Positions 16,668 through 29,376 of a stretch of 64,000 nucleotides of DNA are shown here, in pieces. How positions within the stretch are numbered: position 1 is the stretch's first letter; every line of letters starts with the position of its first letter. Source of the DNA: Octopus sinensis. Its lineage: Eukaryota. The position numbers and the translations under genes were made by a program. The notes under the pieces are model-generated. The model was not told where the DNA came from. It saw nothing but the letters and a program-made list of their open reading frames with translations, and made no database searches. Location: assembly GCF_006345805.1 (NCBI RefSeq), contig NC_043007.1, forward strand, positions 61,442,001 through 61,506,000, read 5' to 3'.

Positions 16668-16814
16668 CTGTAGTCTTTGGGAGAGGACATATCTTCTCGC
16701 TGCAGACAACAACTCCAGTGGACTTGCAAGTGCACCGATTGCATTTATCTACGGCTACGAACGTTTGACCAATTAAGTATAATTTTCCGTAGTACCGGCA
16801 TTCTAATTTAGTTA
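16668..16814 (-). CDS. Six-Cys module exon (147 bp)
   Basis: Acceptor attttcag, donor CAG|GTAATA. Translation (V)TKLECRYYGKLYLIGQTFVAVDKCNRCTCKSTGVVVCSEKICPLPKTT. Confidence 0.88.
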
Positions 16815-16975
16815 CTGAAAATAAAAGAGTTGTGTACGAATTGAAGATGAAACTGAAACTTCCCAACTGAAAAAAAATATTACAACAAAAAGTTGATGAG
16901 CTCAGCCTTACATATATAAAAATACACGAATACACATAGACACGCACACATACACATCTGAAAACAAGAACCTGT

Positions 16976-17065
<90 letters not shown>

Positions 17066-17074
17066 TATATATAC

Positions 17075-17126
<52 letters not shown>

Positions 17127-17145
17127 ATATATATATCTATATATC

Positions 17146-17212
<67 letters not shown>

Positions 17213-17379
17213 TATTGGTGAATTTCAATTATCCGCACCAATATGGTTGTACCTCCAACCGTGCTGTCTTCTGGTGTGATTTTTGCTACCAAGGTATCGG
17301 TTAAACTTTTGATTAATCTGCTACAAGATTATTCATCTTTCTATTTCACATAAATTATATATATATATATATATATTTC

Positions 17380-17605
17380 TTTACTACCCACAAGGGGCTA
17401 AACGTAGAGGGGACAAACAAGGACAGACAAAGGGATTAAGTCGATTACATCGACCCTAGTGCGAAATTGGTACTTTATTTATCGACCCCGAAAGGATGAA
17501 AGGCAAAGTCGACCTCGGCGGAATTTGAACTCACAACGTAACGACAGGCGAAATACCGCTAAGCATTTTTCCCGGCGCGCTAACGTTTCTGCCATCTCGC
17601 CGCCT
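17380..17605 (-). mobile_element. tRNA-derived SINE with LINE-like 3' tail
   Basis: Head aaggcggcgagatggcagaaacgttag...gttcaaattccgcc; tail tgtccttgtttgtcccctct...agccccttgtgggtagtaaagaaat. Confidence 0.8.
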
Positions 17606-17624
17606 TTATATATATATATATATA

Positions 17625-17899
17625 CTAGCAGTATCGCCCGGCGTTGCGGTTTGTTTAAACCTTTTAGAATTGGAATTTTTGAAAAGTAAAAATTTGGCAG
17701 TATGTAGTGAAATACACAGAAAATGGCGACACAGCAGTCAAAACATCGTAAAAATAGGGATTTTCATAGAAAAAAGGCACCTTTTTGATGTAAATAATTT
17801 TTGGTGTTAATATGGTCCAATTTGAATTTTTCTTTCTACGGAAGGAAGAGTTAGCCTTCTTCTTTATACTATCATATATCTATATATATATATATATAG

Positions 17900-17930
<31 letters not shown>

Positions 17931-18001
17931 TATATGTATATTATATATATATATATTATATATTATATACACATATATATATATATGATATATATATATA
18001 C

Positions 18002-18076
<75 letters not shown>

Positions 18077-18475
18077 ATTAATCGAAAAAAAAAACTCTCC
18101 AGGCTACATCCCGAAAATTCATTTCTTTGGCGAATTTCTACAATGTTTACGGTGATTCTTTTTATATATTGATTTTTTATTTTTCATGCAATTTACGCAT
18201 GCTTGCACGCGTAGTGAACACAGTTCAAGTCAAACAGCTGACTGAGTAAAGTTCACTATTCAATGCTTGGGATAAGGCCTAAACAAACACATTATCGATT
18301 TTTGCACTTGCAAGATGAATTTCGGAACAGAAATAGCGCAGTTCAATTTTCATTCGCCTAAACTTTAAGTGACCCATTTTTGATGGTTCTACGATTTGTT
18401 GGCTAGGAGGAGATGTGCCGGGAAGTTAAACACACAGACACACACACAGATACACACACAGACACACAAGTTGAG

Positions 18476-18480
<5 letters not shown>
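17625..18480 (-). mobile_element. Non-autonomous Helitron
   Basis: ctagcagtatcgcccggcgttgc at 17625 is the reverse complement of the Helitron 3' end at 12838. 5' boundary approximate. Confidence 0.6.
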
Positions 18481-18527
<47 letters not shown>

Positions 18528-19174
18528 CACACACACACCCATGATCGAGATTTAGATGTAAGTTAAAAATATTCTTAACTCAGTCCGGCGTGCCTACGAG
18601 CATCCAAAAGAAGAGACACACTATATATATATATATATATACAGATATAGATTTATATACACAAGGTACCCCAAACTAACCGGAAACTGTCTCTCTCTTG
18701 GCGGGTAACCATATACCTCCCCAATAGCAAGACATCTGCTTCTCCCTCTCTGTTCCTCTGTTACACTCTAATCTTTCATCATCTAATACAAAATCACCTC
18801 CTCTAATGCCCCCACCCTTTCAAAGTTCCTTGTCTTGTAAGTTACTTGCTGATCCGGCAGGCACTGGCGCCACGTAAAAAGCATTCAGTCCACATTGTGA
18901 AGTGATTGGCATTTGGAAGGGCATCCAGCTATAAAAACGATGCCAAAACTAACCTCGCCTGTGCTGGTGCCATGTAAAAAACACTTAGTCCACTCTGTGG
19001 GGTGGTTGGTATTAGGAAGGGCATCCAGCCGTAAAAACCATGCCAAACAGACGCAGCAGCCCTGTGTAGTCGTCTAGCTGGCCAGCTCCTGTCAAACCGT
19101 CCAACTCATGCCAGCATGGGTTCGATGTTGAATGATGATGATCTCTCTCATACACACATACGCACACACACACA

Positions 19175-19220
<46 letters not shown>

Positions 19221-19226
<6 letters not shown>

Positions 19227-19998
19227 GAGGAGGTACCCAAAAGTAACCGGAAACTTTATCTGTGGGACAAACGTTGTAGTTCAGGCTTCCACAGTGATAA
19301 GTCACTTGATGCGACCCTCAGGCATATGCCGACCGACCAACGTTCTCTGCTGTGGTCATACATGGTGCATCTTTGATTTGAAGTGTTTGTCCCCTGTTCG
19401 TCGATTTTTGCGATGACTGAAATGAAGAAACAGCGTCCTTCCGTGAAATTCTGTTTACTGCTGGGGAAAACGGCAGCCGAAACAGTTGTCACGTTTCAGA
19501 CATAAGGACACTGTCATGAGCAAAAAATAAGTTTATGAGTAGCTTTCACGCTTCAGGAATGGTCACTTGTCGCTTGAAGACCAACCCGTTCAGGGAGACC
19601 GCCGACCTCCCAAACGAAAGAAAATATCATGAAAATTCATGAACTGATCTTGGAGGACTGTCGACGAATAGTTGACGAACTTGTTGATGTGACTGGTGTG
19701 TCATGGAGTTTCTGTTAACGAATTTTGAGCAAATTATTGCGAATGAGAAGAGCTGCAGCAAAATTTGTGTCTCACTTGCTCACGGAAGATCAAAAGCAAT
19801 AACGACTGAATGCGTGTCGTGAACTGAAAGAACAGTTAAAAATTGATCCGGAACTTTTTCGAAGGTTATCACCGGTGACGAAGGCTGGTGCTACGGAATT
19901 TGCAGAAGTGGAAGAGGTGAAGAAAAAAATGTACGGAAGCTTTAAGAGGCGTCACTTTGCGAGAGTTTCAGGACTGTTTCCAACAGTGGAAAACGAGA
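19221..19998 (+). mobile_element. Mariner transposon, internally deleted and 3'-truncated
   Basis: MTEMKKQRPSVKFCLLLGKTAAETVV, SGRP, VITGDEGWCY, then a jump to VTLREFQDCFQQWKTR. No right TIR. Confidence 0.85.
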
Positions 19999-20017
19999 CG
20001 TTCTATTTTAGTTACCG
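19997..20017 (-). pseudogene. Remnant of a destroyed six-Cys module exon
   Basis: ttctattttagttaccgaaa matches the exon start ttctattttagttactgaaa, with the acceptor CAG changed to CGG. Normal exon-upstream intron block follows at 20018-20100; the rest of the exon is missing. Confidence 0.75.
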
Positions 20018-20118
20018 AAAAAAGGTGTGTACGAATTCAAGATGAAAATGAAGCTTCCTCACTCAAAGAATAGGACAAATTTTTTATCACCGTAGCCTTA
20101 AATATATACAAATGCACA

Positions 20119-20161
<43 letters not shown>

Positions 20162-20489
20162 CCGTCTAAAAGTCCATAATCAAGGAAAATGCACTCGTAT
20201 ATCTGTCAGTATTGTGATTATGCCGTATTGTATGGTATTATATATCAACTAAGGCCGATCTTACCAATCAGATTCGCACTAGTGGTTCAACGAAACGTTA
20301 GGTAACACTCCGATTACGTAACATTTTGCTCTTCAGAGGTAGCCGTTATGGAACGAAACGCGCAGTTTCTGGTTCAGTCTCAATGCATCGCACAGTAGAT
20401 AAGTATTTTCTACTAGAAATCCGATCCGGACAATTCCTTTAAGGAAATATTTGTTCTATTTATGGAAATGAAGCTGAACGTATCCTGAC

Positions 20490-21200
20490 GTGCGACAATA
20501 TTTTAGCGACTTTTGCTTGGAAAATTTCCCCTCGATGTAGAAGGCCATGTTCTGTCAATATTGAGATCCTGAAAACTGGTTGGGAAAAAGCCAGAGCAAA
20601 CTTCATGAGAATTGGTAAGTGGGGCCCCCTTCATTCATCTGCTTTTCATTTACTCTCTGTTCTTTGAACTGGAGATTTGCTATCGAACCGTTCCTGGATA
20701 AAAATCACAACTGATGAGGAGTGGGTTTTTTATATTCAAATATAACGAAAACGACAGGTGTTAGCAACCAATGAACAAGGAGAGTCCATCCACAAACCGG
20801 GACTACGACCGAAAGATTGACGCTCTGTGTTTGTTTGGATATGAAGTATTTGAAGGGTATCGGCTATAATGAAGTGTTAAGCCAAACGAAAGAGTTAATA
20901 AAGAAAAATATTGTCAACTGGAAACGGTATACAAAGATCTACAGAGAAAGCATCTATCATTGGACAATTATGAAGGATTGTTGCTCTCACAAGATAATGC
21001 AATACCATATACTGATATTGACCAAGTCACGCAGGGAAAGATTAATTTCAGTGTCATCTTTTTACATCAATACCACATTATTTAGAAAGAAAACAGATTA
21101 TTGATGAGAAGAGGTTAAAAATGATATTCAGTGTTTCCTTGCTTCGAAACCTGAAGACTTTAATAACCAATGGCTTACCAATTTGTAAAACAGATTGACC
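20490..21200 (+). mobile_element. Old degenerate mariner; related fragments at ~10850-11270 and ~24430-24900
   Basis: PFLDKITTDEEWVFY and KPGLRP..LTLCVCLDMK resemble mariner ITGDEKW and KPGLHPKKVMLCVWWD motifs; many disablements. Confidence 0.65.
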
Positions 21201-21351
21201 AAAATGTAATATGATGTAAGAGTATATATATATATATCTATCTATCTATCTATATGTATATATGTGTATGTATGTATGTATGTATGTATGTATGTATGTA
21301 TGTATGTATGTATGTATGTATGTATGTATATATATATATATTATATATATA

Positions 21352-21401
<50 letters not shown>

Positions 21402-21611
21402 ATATAAGCCGACTCAAAAATTCTCTAGGGAGACTTTTTATTTATGCACCCGAAGGGACCCAGAACGGGTCGAAACACGTGTTGTACCCAATAAAGTCTA
21501 TTACACATTCCATCTCTTATTTTATTATACTATTATATATGTGTGTGTGTGTGTGTGTGTGTATGTGTGCGTGCGTGTGTATGTAAGTATGTATGTACAT
21601 ATTAGCATTAC

Positions 21612-21758
21612 CTGTGGTTTTTGAGTGAGAACATATCTTTTCGGAACATAAAACATCTCCGCTGGGCTTGCAAGTGCACTGATTGCATTTGTCAATGGCT
21701 ATGAACGTTTGCCCAATTACGTATACTTTTCCGTCATAGTGGCATTCTACTTTAGTTA
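21612..21758 (-). CDS. Six-Cys module exon, mini-unit copy A (147 bp)
   Basis: Donor CAG|GTAATG. Translation (V)[48 protein letters not shown]. Confidence 0.85.
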
Positions 21759-21936
21759 CTGAAGAGACAAAAAAGTGTGCACCGATTCAATGAAGCTACC
21801 TCACTCAAAGAATATAATGACAAAATTTTTTTACCACCATGGCCTTAAACGCACTATTATATATATGTGTGTGTGTGTGGTGTGTGTGTGTGTGTGTGCG
21901 TGTGTATGTAAGTATGTATGTACATATTAGCATTAC

Positions 21937-22083
21937 CTGTGGTTTTTGAGTGAGAACATATCTTTTCGGAACATAAAACATCTCCGCTGGGCTTGCAAGT
22001 GCACTGATTGCATTTGTCAATGGCTATGAACGTTTGCCCAATTACGTATACTTTTCCGTCATAGTGGCATTCTAATTTAGTTA
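21937..22083 (-). CDS. Six-Cys module exon, mini-unit copy B (147 bp)
   Basis: As copy A but TKLEC (TTA for GTA); canonical AG/GT. Confidence 0.85.
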
Positions 22084-22184
22084 CTGAAAGAGACAAAAAA
22101 GTGTGCACCGATTCAAATGAAGCTTCCTCACTCAAAGAATATAATGACAAAATTTTTTTACCACCATGGCCTTAAACGCACTAT

Positions 22185-22219
<35 letters not shown>

Positions 22220-22259
22220 TGCGTGTGTATGTAAGTATGTATGTACATATTAGCATTAC

Positions 22260-22406
22260 CTGTGGTTTTTGAGTGAGAACATATCTTTTCGGAACATAAA
22301 ACATCTCCGCTGGGCTTGCAAGTGCACTGATTGCATTTGTCAATGGCTATGAACATTTGCCCAATTACGTATACTTTTCCGTCATAGTGGCATTCTACTT
22401 TAGTTA
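22260..22406 (-). CDS. Six-Cys module exon, mini-unit copy C (147 bp)
   Basis: As copy A but GQMF (ATG for ACG); canonical AG/GT. Confidence 0.85.
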
Positions 22407-22507
22407 CTGAAAGAGACAAAAAAGTGTGCACCGATTCAAATGAAGCTTCCTCACTCAAAGAATATAATGACAAAATTTTTTTACCACCATGGCCTTAAAC
22501 GCACTAT

Positions 22508-22551
<44 letters not shown>

Positions 22552-22589
22552 CGTGTGTATGTAAGTATGTATGTACATATTAGCATTAC

Positions 22590-22736
22590 CTGTGGTTTTT
22601 GAGTGAGAACATATCTTTTCGGAACATAAAACATCTCCGCTGGGCTTGCATGTGCACTGATTGCATTTGTCAATGGCTATGAACATTTGCCCAATTACGT
22701 ATACTTTTCCGTCATAGTGGCATTCTACTTTAGTTA
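22590..22736 (-). CDS. Six-Cys module exon, mini-unit copy D (147 bp)
   Basis: As copy C plus a synonymous ACT>ACA change; canonical AG/GT. Confidence 0.85.
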
Positions 22737-22842
22737 CTGAAAGAGACAAAAAAGTGTGCACCGATTCAAATGAAGCTTCCTCACTCAAAGAATATAATGA
22801 CAAAATGTTTTTACCACCATGGCCTTAAACGTATACAAATAC

Positions 22843-22880
<38 letters not shown>

Positions 22881-23059
22881 GTTTACGAGTCCCTAATCAG
22901 GGAAAATGCACTCGTAGACCTGTCAGTAGTGTAGTTATGTTGAAGGGTGTAGTACAATATATCCATTACGGCCGATCTTAGTAATCGATTTCGCACAGAT
23001 AACCGTCCGATTATGTAACCCTGCGCTCTTTAGAACTATCGCAACAGTTCTCTGTTGTT

Positions 23060-24420
23060 CGAGGTGAATATAGACATCCAGTTTCTGGTTGCTATGAAAA
23101 CAATGAAGAAACTAATTGAGCAGGTGATTGAGTTAAGAGGTATGTCCCTTGATAGCACGGATATCGTTTTTTTGTGGGGGGGGGGGGGTTGCAAGCCGGC
23201 AAGATATTTTTGGAAAAGAGTTTATGGTAAATGTGTATCCCATTAAGGTTGGTATTCTTGTGGAAATGGAATGTGTGTAGTACTACTATATATATATATA
23301 GCCGCTTCGGGTGGTGGTGCGGGTGCATGCACGTCTGTGTTCGTTACTGTGTTTTCTCTCTTCTATATTTTGGTTAAATTCTTGGAGCATTTATGTATAC
23401 ATGCGGTATGTGTAGGTGTACAATATGTCTGGGAGCTTATATTGGGGGTATGGTGAAAAACGTCTATTGGGTGGGTGTCTGCCGTGCTGGGGCATGTGTT
23501 TGTTTGTGGGTGTGTTAGTGTATGTTCTGGTCAAACTCTTTCCCGACTCCCAGGTATTGGTGGAAGGCTGAAGTTCGGAGACTGGTGGTTATAGTAATGA
23601 TGGGGCACGCATGTATGACAGGCTGTACTTCCTTTCATGTAGGCAAGGATTAAATATATCACTTCTGCTATTCAGGTAAATGCCTGGGTGCTGGGAGCTC
23701 TTTGAAATCGCCCTTTTCGCAGCCAGGCGTAATCTGCACTTCCTCCTGCTATTGAAACACGCTTTACATTTCTCTAGAATCTTCTACTTTATGCTGTACT
23801 CGGTGGTGTTTTCTTTCAATGACAGTACGTGTTGGCAAGGGTTGTGGCATTACGTACCTCCGGGATGTTAAAGGAGGACTTGTGGTTGTTGTAGCGTTTT
23901 CGAAGGGGCCTTCAGGAGCTCCCACATACTTTCGCACATTTGGTTGCCCATTTGGTCCCATCGCAGTTACCTCTGCCTCGTATACGACGATCTTTGTATT
24001 ACAGTTGTCGTTCAGTGGACATGTTGTTTTACCCCTACATGAGCATCCTGTCTCAGGTGTGGGCATACCTACTAAAATGCTTCTTACATTGGGTGCACAG
24101 GTAAAGGAAATTCTCAGGGTGTGCCTATTAAATATTTTGGTTAACTTATTTGCACGGGGTAAGTGCTTGTCTACTAAGCTAAGGAAAATCTTACCTACTC
24201 GAGTTTTAACATTTGAATGGAAGGGTGGTGTGAACCACAACACTTTCCGGCGACGCTTTCTTTTGGAAGGACTAAGGTCTGGCATGTAACTAATTCTATC
24301 CCTGAAACCGCTGGCGGCCAAAGCCTCACTATAGTACTGGCGTGTAACATAAAAAAGGTCTCTTTGTTTGAAGACAAGTTAGAGATTCTATTGCTGACGT
24401 CCTTTACCACATTCTTCAAA
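23060..24420 (-). mobile_element. Penelope-like element fragment
   Basis: ORF 23764-24321: RRKVLWFTPPFHSNVKTRVGKIFLSLVDKHLP...CSCRGKTTCPLNDNC..KIVVYEAEV...YVG (PLE linker + GIY-YIG). Confidence 0.8.
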
Positions 24421-24949
24421 ACAATTAATTCAAAAAAGTATTGTCAGCTGTAGGCGTTATACAAACATCTGCATAGAAAGCATTTATCATTTCTCAATGA
24501 TAAAGGATTGTTGCTCTTACAAAATAAGGAATATCATATACTGATATTGACCAAGTTACCCAGGAAAACAATAAGGACCTAAAATTAGAAGTGTTGCTTC
24601 TTCATCCTTACTCTCCTCATCTTGCCAAATTTAATGTCATCTTTTCACATAATTTTCACATTATTTAGAAAGAAAACAGTTTATTCATGAAGAAGAGGTT
24701 AAACATGACATTCAGTGTCTCCTTGCTTCGAAACCCGAAGAATTTAATGATCGATAGCTTGCCAATTAGCCAAACATATTGGATTATGTTTTCAATTTTG
24801 CGGAGAAATATTATCGTGGTTAAGAATAATAATTTTGACCAAAAACGCATTCGCTTCTTACCCATCTTGAAATGGGCTAGGTCTTTGTTTCTAATGTAAT
24901 ATAATATAATACAATATAATATAATATGATATAATATATATATATATAG

Positions 24950-25109
24950 GCGCAGGCGTGACTATGTGGTAAGAAGCTTGCTTCCCAACCGTATTGGTGT
25001 AGTGTTCAGTCTCACTGCGTGGCACCTTCGACGAGTATCTTCTGCTATAACCTCAGGCCTATCTAAGCCTTGTGAATGGATTTGGTAGACGGAAACAGAA
25101 AGAAGCCCG

Positions 25110-25144
<35 letters not shown>

Positions 25145-25385
25145 TATATATATATCTAAGTCTGTATATAGGTTTGTGTGTCTGTGTTTGTCCCCCCACT
25201 ACAATCGCTTGACAAATGATGTTGCTGTGTTTATGTCCCCGTAACTTATTGGTTCGGCAAAAGAGACCGATAGAATAAGTACTAGGCTTACAAACAATAA
25301 GTCCTGGCTTCGATTTACTCGACTCAAGGCGGTGGTCCAGCATGACCGCAGTCAAATCACTGAAAAAAATTAAAGAATAAAAGAA
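24950..25385 (+). mobile_element. tRNA-derived SINE, second family
   Basis: ggcgcaggcgtgactatgtggtaagaagcttgcttcccaacc...gtgttcagtctcactgcgtggcacc head. Same family in reverse at ~58110-58510; 3' half in reverse at ~31770-31990. Confidence 0.8.
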
Positions 25386-25392
25386 TAGAGAA

Positions 25393-25454
<62 letters not shown>

Positions 25455-25456
<2 letters not shown>

Positions 25457-26200
25457 GGTGCGTAAGGTATTTGAGGATATGCTTTATTTTGGCCATTGCT
25501 GCATTTTTGCTAACTCTGTGTAATCTTTGTTTCAGAAAATAATAATGGCAGACCCTCAGCTTACTCAAGAAATGAAGGGACATGTTATTTTGGTGATAAA
25601 TATCCCGATTTTTAAAATTGCCAGATCTTTCGTTTGTAAAGGTTGTAAGGAGCTAGAGACTGAAGATGGAAACGTATCACCATTATCAAAGCATAAAAAG
25701 CATTCTAAACGCTCTGAAATTATCAGAACACTTGAATTAATCCAACAAGTTCAACAGACCATTGGTTACAATCCCATAAACTCCATGAGGTCAATTGCAA
25801 AAGATCTCCATGTATCAGAATGAACAATCAGAAATGTTGTCCATGAAGACATCCATTATAAGTCTTATATGACGAAGAAAGTTCAATTTGTCAGAAAGAG
25901 CAAAAGAAAATCACTACATCAAATCTAAAATGATCTTAAACAAACTGAAAAATCCAGCAGATTTGGGTTTTTTAAACGAGAAAAACTTCGGCCAAGATAA
26001 AAAATGACAGATGGTCATGTGCTGATTCTTCTGAAATTCCAAGTGTTATGCATATAAAATTTCCTGCAATTGTCATGGTTTCAGGGGTTGTCAGCAATGA
26101 AGGACATGTGATGCCTCCTTGCTTCTTTCCACAAGGCCTTAGAGTTAACTCTGCCGCATACATTGAGGTCCTGGAAATAACTGTTAAGCTCTGGATAGAC
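25455..26200 (+). mobile_element. Tc1/mariner (DD37D/maT-like) transposase fragment
   Basis: RTLELIQQVQQTI...SMRSIAKDLHVSE, EKNFGQDKK, VMVSGVVSNEGHVMPPCFFPQGLRVNSAAYIEVLE. Confidence 0.7.
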
Positions 26201-26204
26201 AGTG

Positions 26205-27000
26205 TTTGAAAAGGTTCGAGGTAGAACTGACCCCTCCTAAAGAAATTACGAGGGACATTTGCAAGAATACAGTGATATTTAAGACATTTGTGATAAAGGA
26301 GAAGAAAATTGAAATGGCAACCAAGGTACAAATTGAAAAGTGCTTGGCATCCGTCTAACCGGAAATCTCGTACCTGGCCAGGGGCGCCAAATACGCTACA
26401 GTGGAAGTGCGGTTCCCAACAGAAGAAAAGACCAGGCAACACTCCGTGGCCTCTCTGAAAACAGGAAATTATATTATTACCTATTTCTTTATTACCCACA
26501 AGGGGCTAAACATAGAGGGGTCAAACAAGGACAGACATAGGTATTAAGTCGATTACATCGACCCCAGTGCGTAACTGGTACTTAATTTATCGACTCCGAA
26601 AGGATGAAAGGCAAAGTAAGGGTAGAGGAGATACCACCGGAGGTGGATGTTGCCTAGTTGGTCGCAGCAATAACGGTGGGCTTGGAAGAGAAAATATCGA
26701 TCCTCCAAGCCACGAGAACACTAACGCAGAACTAACTGGGGAAGGGACTGGAAATGATCATCCGGGAGATTTAGAAAATATCATCGACACCATTGCGGTG
26801 GGTGATAAGAGACTGAAAGTTGTAAGGGAGGGCAGAAAGCCGCGTTGCTACAAGTGTGGCCAGAAGAGCTACATAAGAGCGGAATGCCCTCCACCTCTCG
26901 CAAAGGCATTTGTGTTCCCACCGGTAATGAGGGAAACCGCACTTCCAACTATTGAGGCGTCAAATGAGGGAGTATGCGAAGAGGAGCCATGAGCGACAGA
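26205..27000 (+). mobile_element. L1/Tx1-type LINE ORF1 remnant with a SINE inserted at ~26470-26615
   Basis: VEEIPPEVDVA*LVAAI and a degenerate zinc knuckle CYKCGQKSYIRAEC (CX2CX4HX4C with H>Y). Confidence 0.65.
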
Positions 27001-27689
27001 AAAGAAAGAAGGGAGGAATAGATAGCAAATGGATGGAATAAAGTCACCAAAAGAAATAGAGAAAAGGAAGCGAAATCGCACCAGTGATGATGACCCCACC
27101 CTACACCCACCCTTCCCTGCTCCACTCTACCTCTCCCTACCCCCACGGACACCAGTCCTCGTCTTGCCCCACAAAACATTGACCCTGAGCCTGACCCTAC
27201 GGACACACAAGCAGACATACAAGAGCCCCAAATCCCCCAGCCCCCACCTTGTGAAAAGAGTTGTGTTATAGCTTTCAATGAACTGAATAATGTGCTCACG
27301 AAAGAAATTGACAGCTTAACGGACACTGAAAATTGATATTCCTGCTTGTACGAAGTATCCCTTAAATATGAGATGTGTTATTGTTAGCAGAAGGAAATTT
27401 CGCAGACTGAAGGAGGAGTTCGGGAGAAGTGTGTACCTTACGAACCTTGAAGCCGATATCGAAACATTGCCATCTACGGTGAGTCTTCTAGATATTTTTG
27501 AAAATGATGGAAAATCTTTAATAGTGTAATTGGTTGTAAAAGAGTTCAATGTGGTCACTCGGAGTGTGGGGTTCGAGTGGCCGTCATTCTACCCCTTCAT
27601 TAATTTTATTTCATCTATTTTTCATTCATTTTCCCCCCACTTATGTGTTTTTGTCTGTCCTTGTGCGGTCCCGTTTATTTTTAACTCTT

Positions 27690-28947
27690 TATAGTTGATT
27701 TTAAATAAATTCGTAATTTGGACGCATCATGTATTCCCCGATTGTTAGCAGCGCAGAGAGAACAAGCTACTGGCCGATTACAAGCAAAGTAGCGTGCCCT
27801 GGTTGTTGTGAAAGCTTAAAATGTCCATGTCAGCACTATCTATCACCTGCAACAGTGATACAACACTAACAGCCTGCAGAGGGCGCCTCCAGGTGACCAC
27901 GGCCAGGCAGGACTACATCATCTACCTGCAACACATCCGTGATCGCTTCAGACCGCCAGCGTGATAGCACGAGAGACTATTGGCATAGGACAACGACCCT
28001 TCAGCGACGACACAGTACGACGTCGACTGGTCGCCAACAACTTTCGTTGCCGTCGTCCTGCTCGAGGGTCTGTCCTCACCACCCGCCACGGTCAGGCACG
28101 ACTACAGTGGAATACACAGCACCGACACTGGCGGCATCAACAATCGAGGTCAATAGTTTTCTCTGACGAGAGCCGGTACTGCGTTTCCACCTCGGATGGC
28201 AGAGTGAAGATATGATGTAGGAGGGAGTGAACGATACAGAGACGCATATGACAGGAAGAGAGACGCGTGGGGTGGCCAAAGAATCATGGTTTGGGGTGAT
28301 ACAGGCTCGAATCAGAAAATTGAGCCCCATGTATTCCAAAATGTTAGTGCAGGCAGAGGGAATGGCATCACAGCGCAACGCTTCGTAGACCACAGCCTAA
28401 GACCTTTCATCGTGCCCTTTTTCGCGCGTCACCATAGCCATGTGTTCCAGCAGACTAGTACTCCCTCCCACACGGCGAGGGTCACCATGGACTTCTTGCA
28501 TCAGCACAACATTAGAACCAGGCCGTGACCGGCTCTCAGCCCGGATTTGAACTCAATTGAACACCTGTGAGATGAAATCCTGAGACGGCTGAACCGGGTG
28601 GTCCCAAGGCCGACAACTAGTGTGAAACTGAATGCAGCTTTCCTCAGTGTGTAGGCTCAGGTGCCAATGGTTTTTGTGAACTGCCTCACGTATTCCCTGT
28701 ACCGACGGTGTGTGGCCGTTTTGAACACCAAGGAAGGGCATACGCGGTATGGAACATGTCACGCCCTACAATCTCGATGTGCTGGATCCGCCCACTACCA
28801 GAACACATGACAACAACCCACAGACTGTGGTCAAAGTGCATCCAAGAAATTGACTTGATCAGGTTTATCAAAATTTATCTCTGACATAATGAAATTAAAA
28901 CATATGTCACAGTCACACACGTCTCACGTTTCTTTCGCAGTTCAGTG
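27690..28947 (+). mobile_element. Tc1-family transposon, left end missing
   Basis: IVFSDESRYCVSTSDGRV, MVWG, HVFQQ..PSHTARVTMDFL, ALSPDLNSIEHL. Right TIR ...tttctttcgcagttcagtg|TA, after which the unit intron resumes. Confidence 0.85.
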
Positions 28948-29229
28948 TATAGCAAAATCAAAGACCAGCCTGTAAGAAATGGACCATGCAAGTTGTCACA
29001 TAAACAACAATTATCGTGACTGCCTTTCATTTTACACGAATAAGTGTTTTTCCATTTTTAAACTCGTTCTGTCTACGTTTCGGTCTGTAACACCGAGTAT
29101 ACTGAATATAACACAGAAAGTGACTGAAAAATTGAAATTTAACTCTAGTAAAGAAGTTGGAGATGTTGTGCGTCAGAACTTAACTAGTGATCAGTAAAAT
29201 CTGTTTGGAAAGAATCTTTTAGTTATTAC

Positions 29230-29376
29230 CTGTAATTTTTGAGTAAGGGCATATCTTTTCGGTGCATACAACAGCTCCAGTGTACTTGCAAATGCACTGG
29301 TTACATTTATCTACGGCTTCGAACGTTTGTCCAATGATGTATGCTTTTCCGTAGTAGCGGCATTCTATTTTAGTTA
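29230..29376 (-). CDS. Six-Cys module exon (147 bp)
   Basis: Acceptor tctttcag, donor CAG|GTAATA. Translation (V)TKIECRYYGKAYIIGQTFEAVDKCNQCICKYTGAVVCTEKICPYSKIT. Confidence 0.88.

Noticed and set aside
21590-22830. Regular repeats resembling a CRISPR or satellite array
   Set aside because: Eukaryotic context; units are ~325-bp exon+intron duplicates with no unique spacers.
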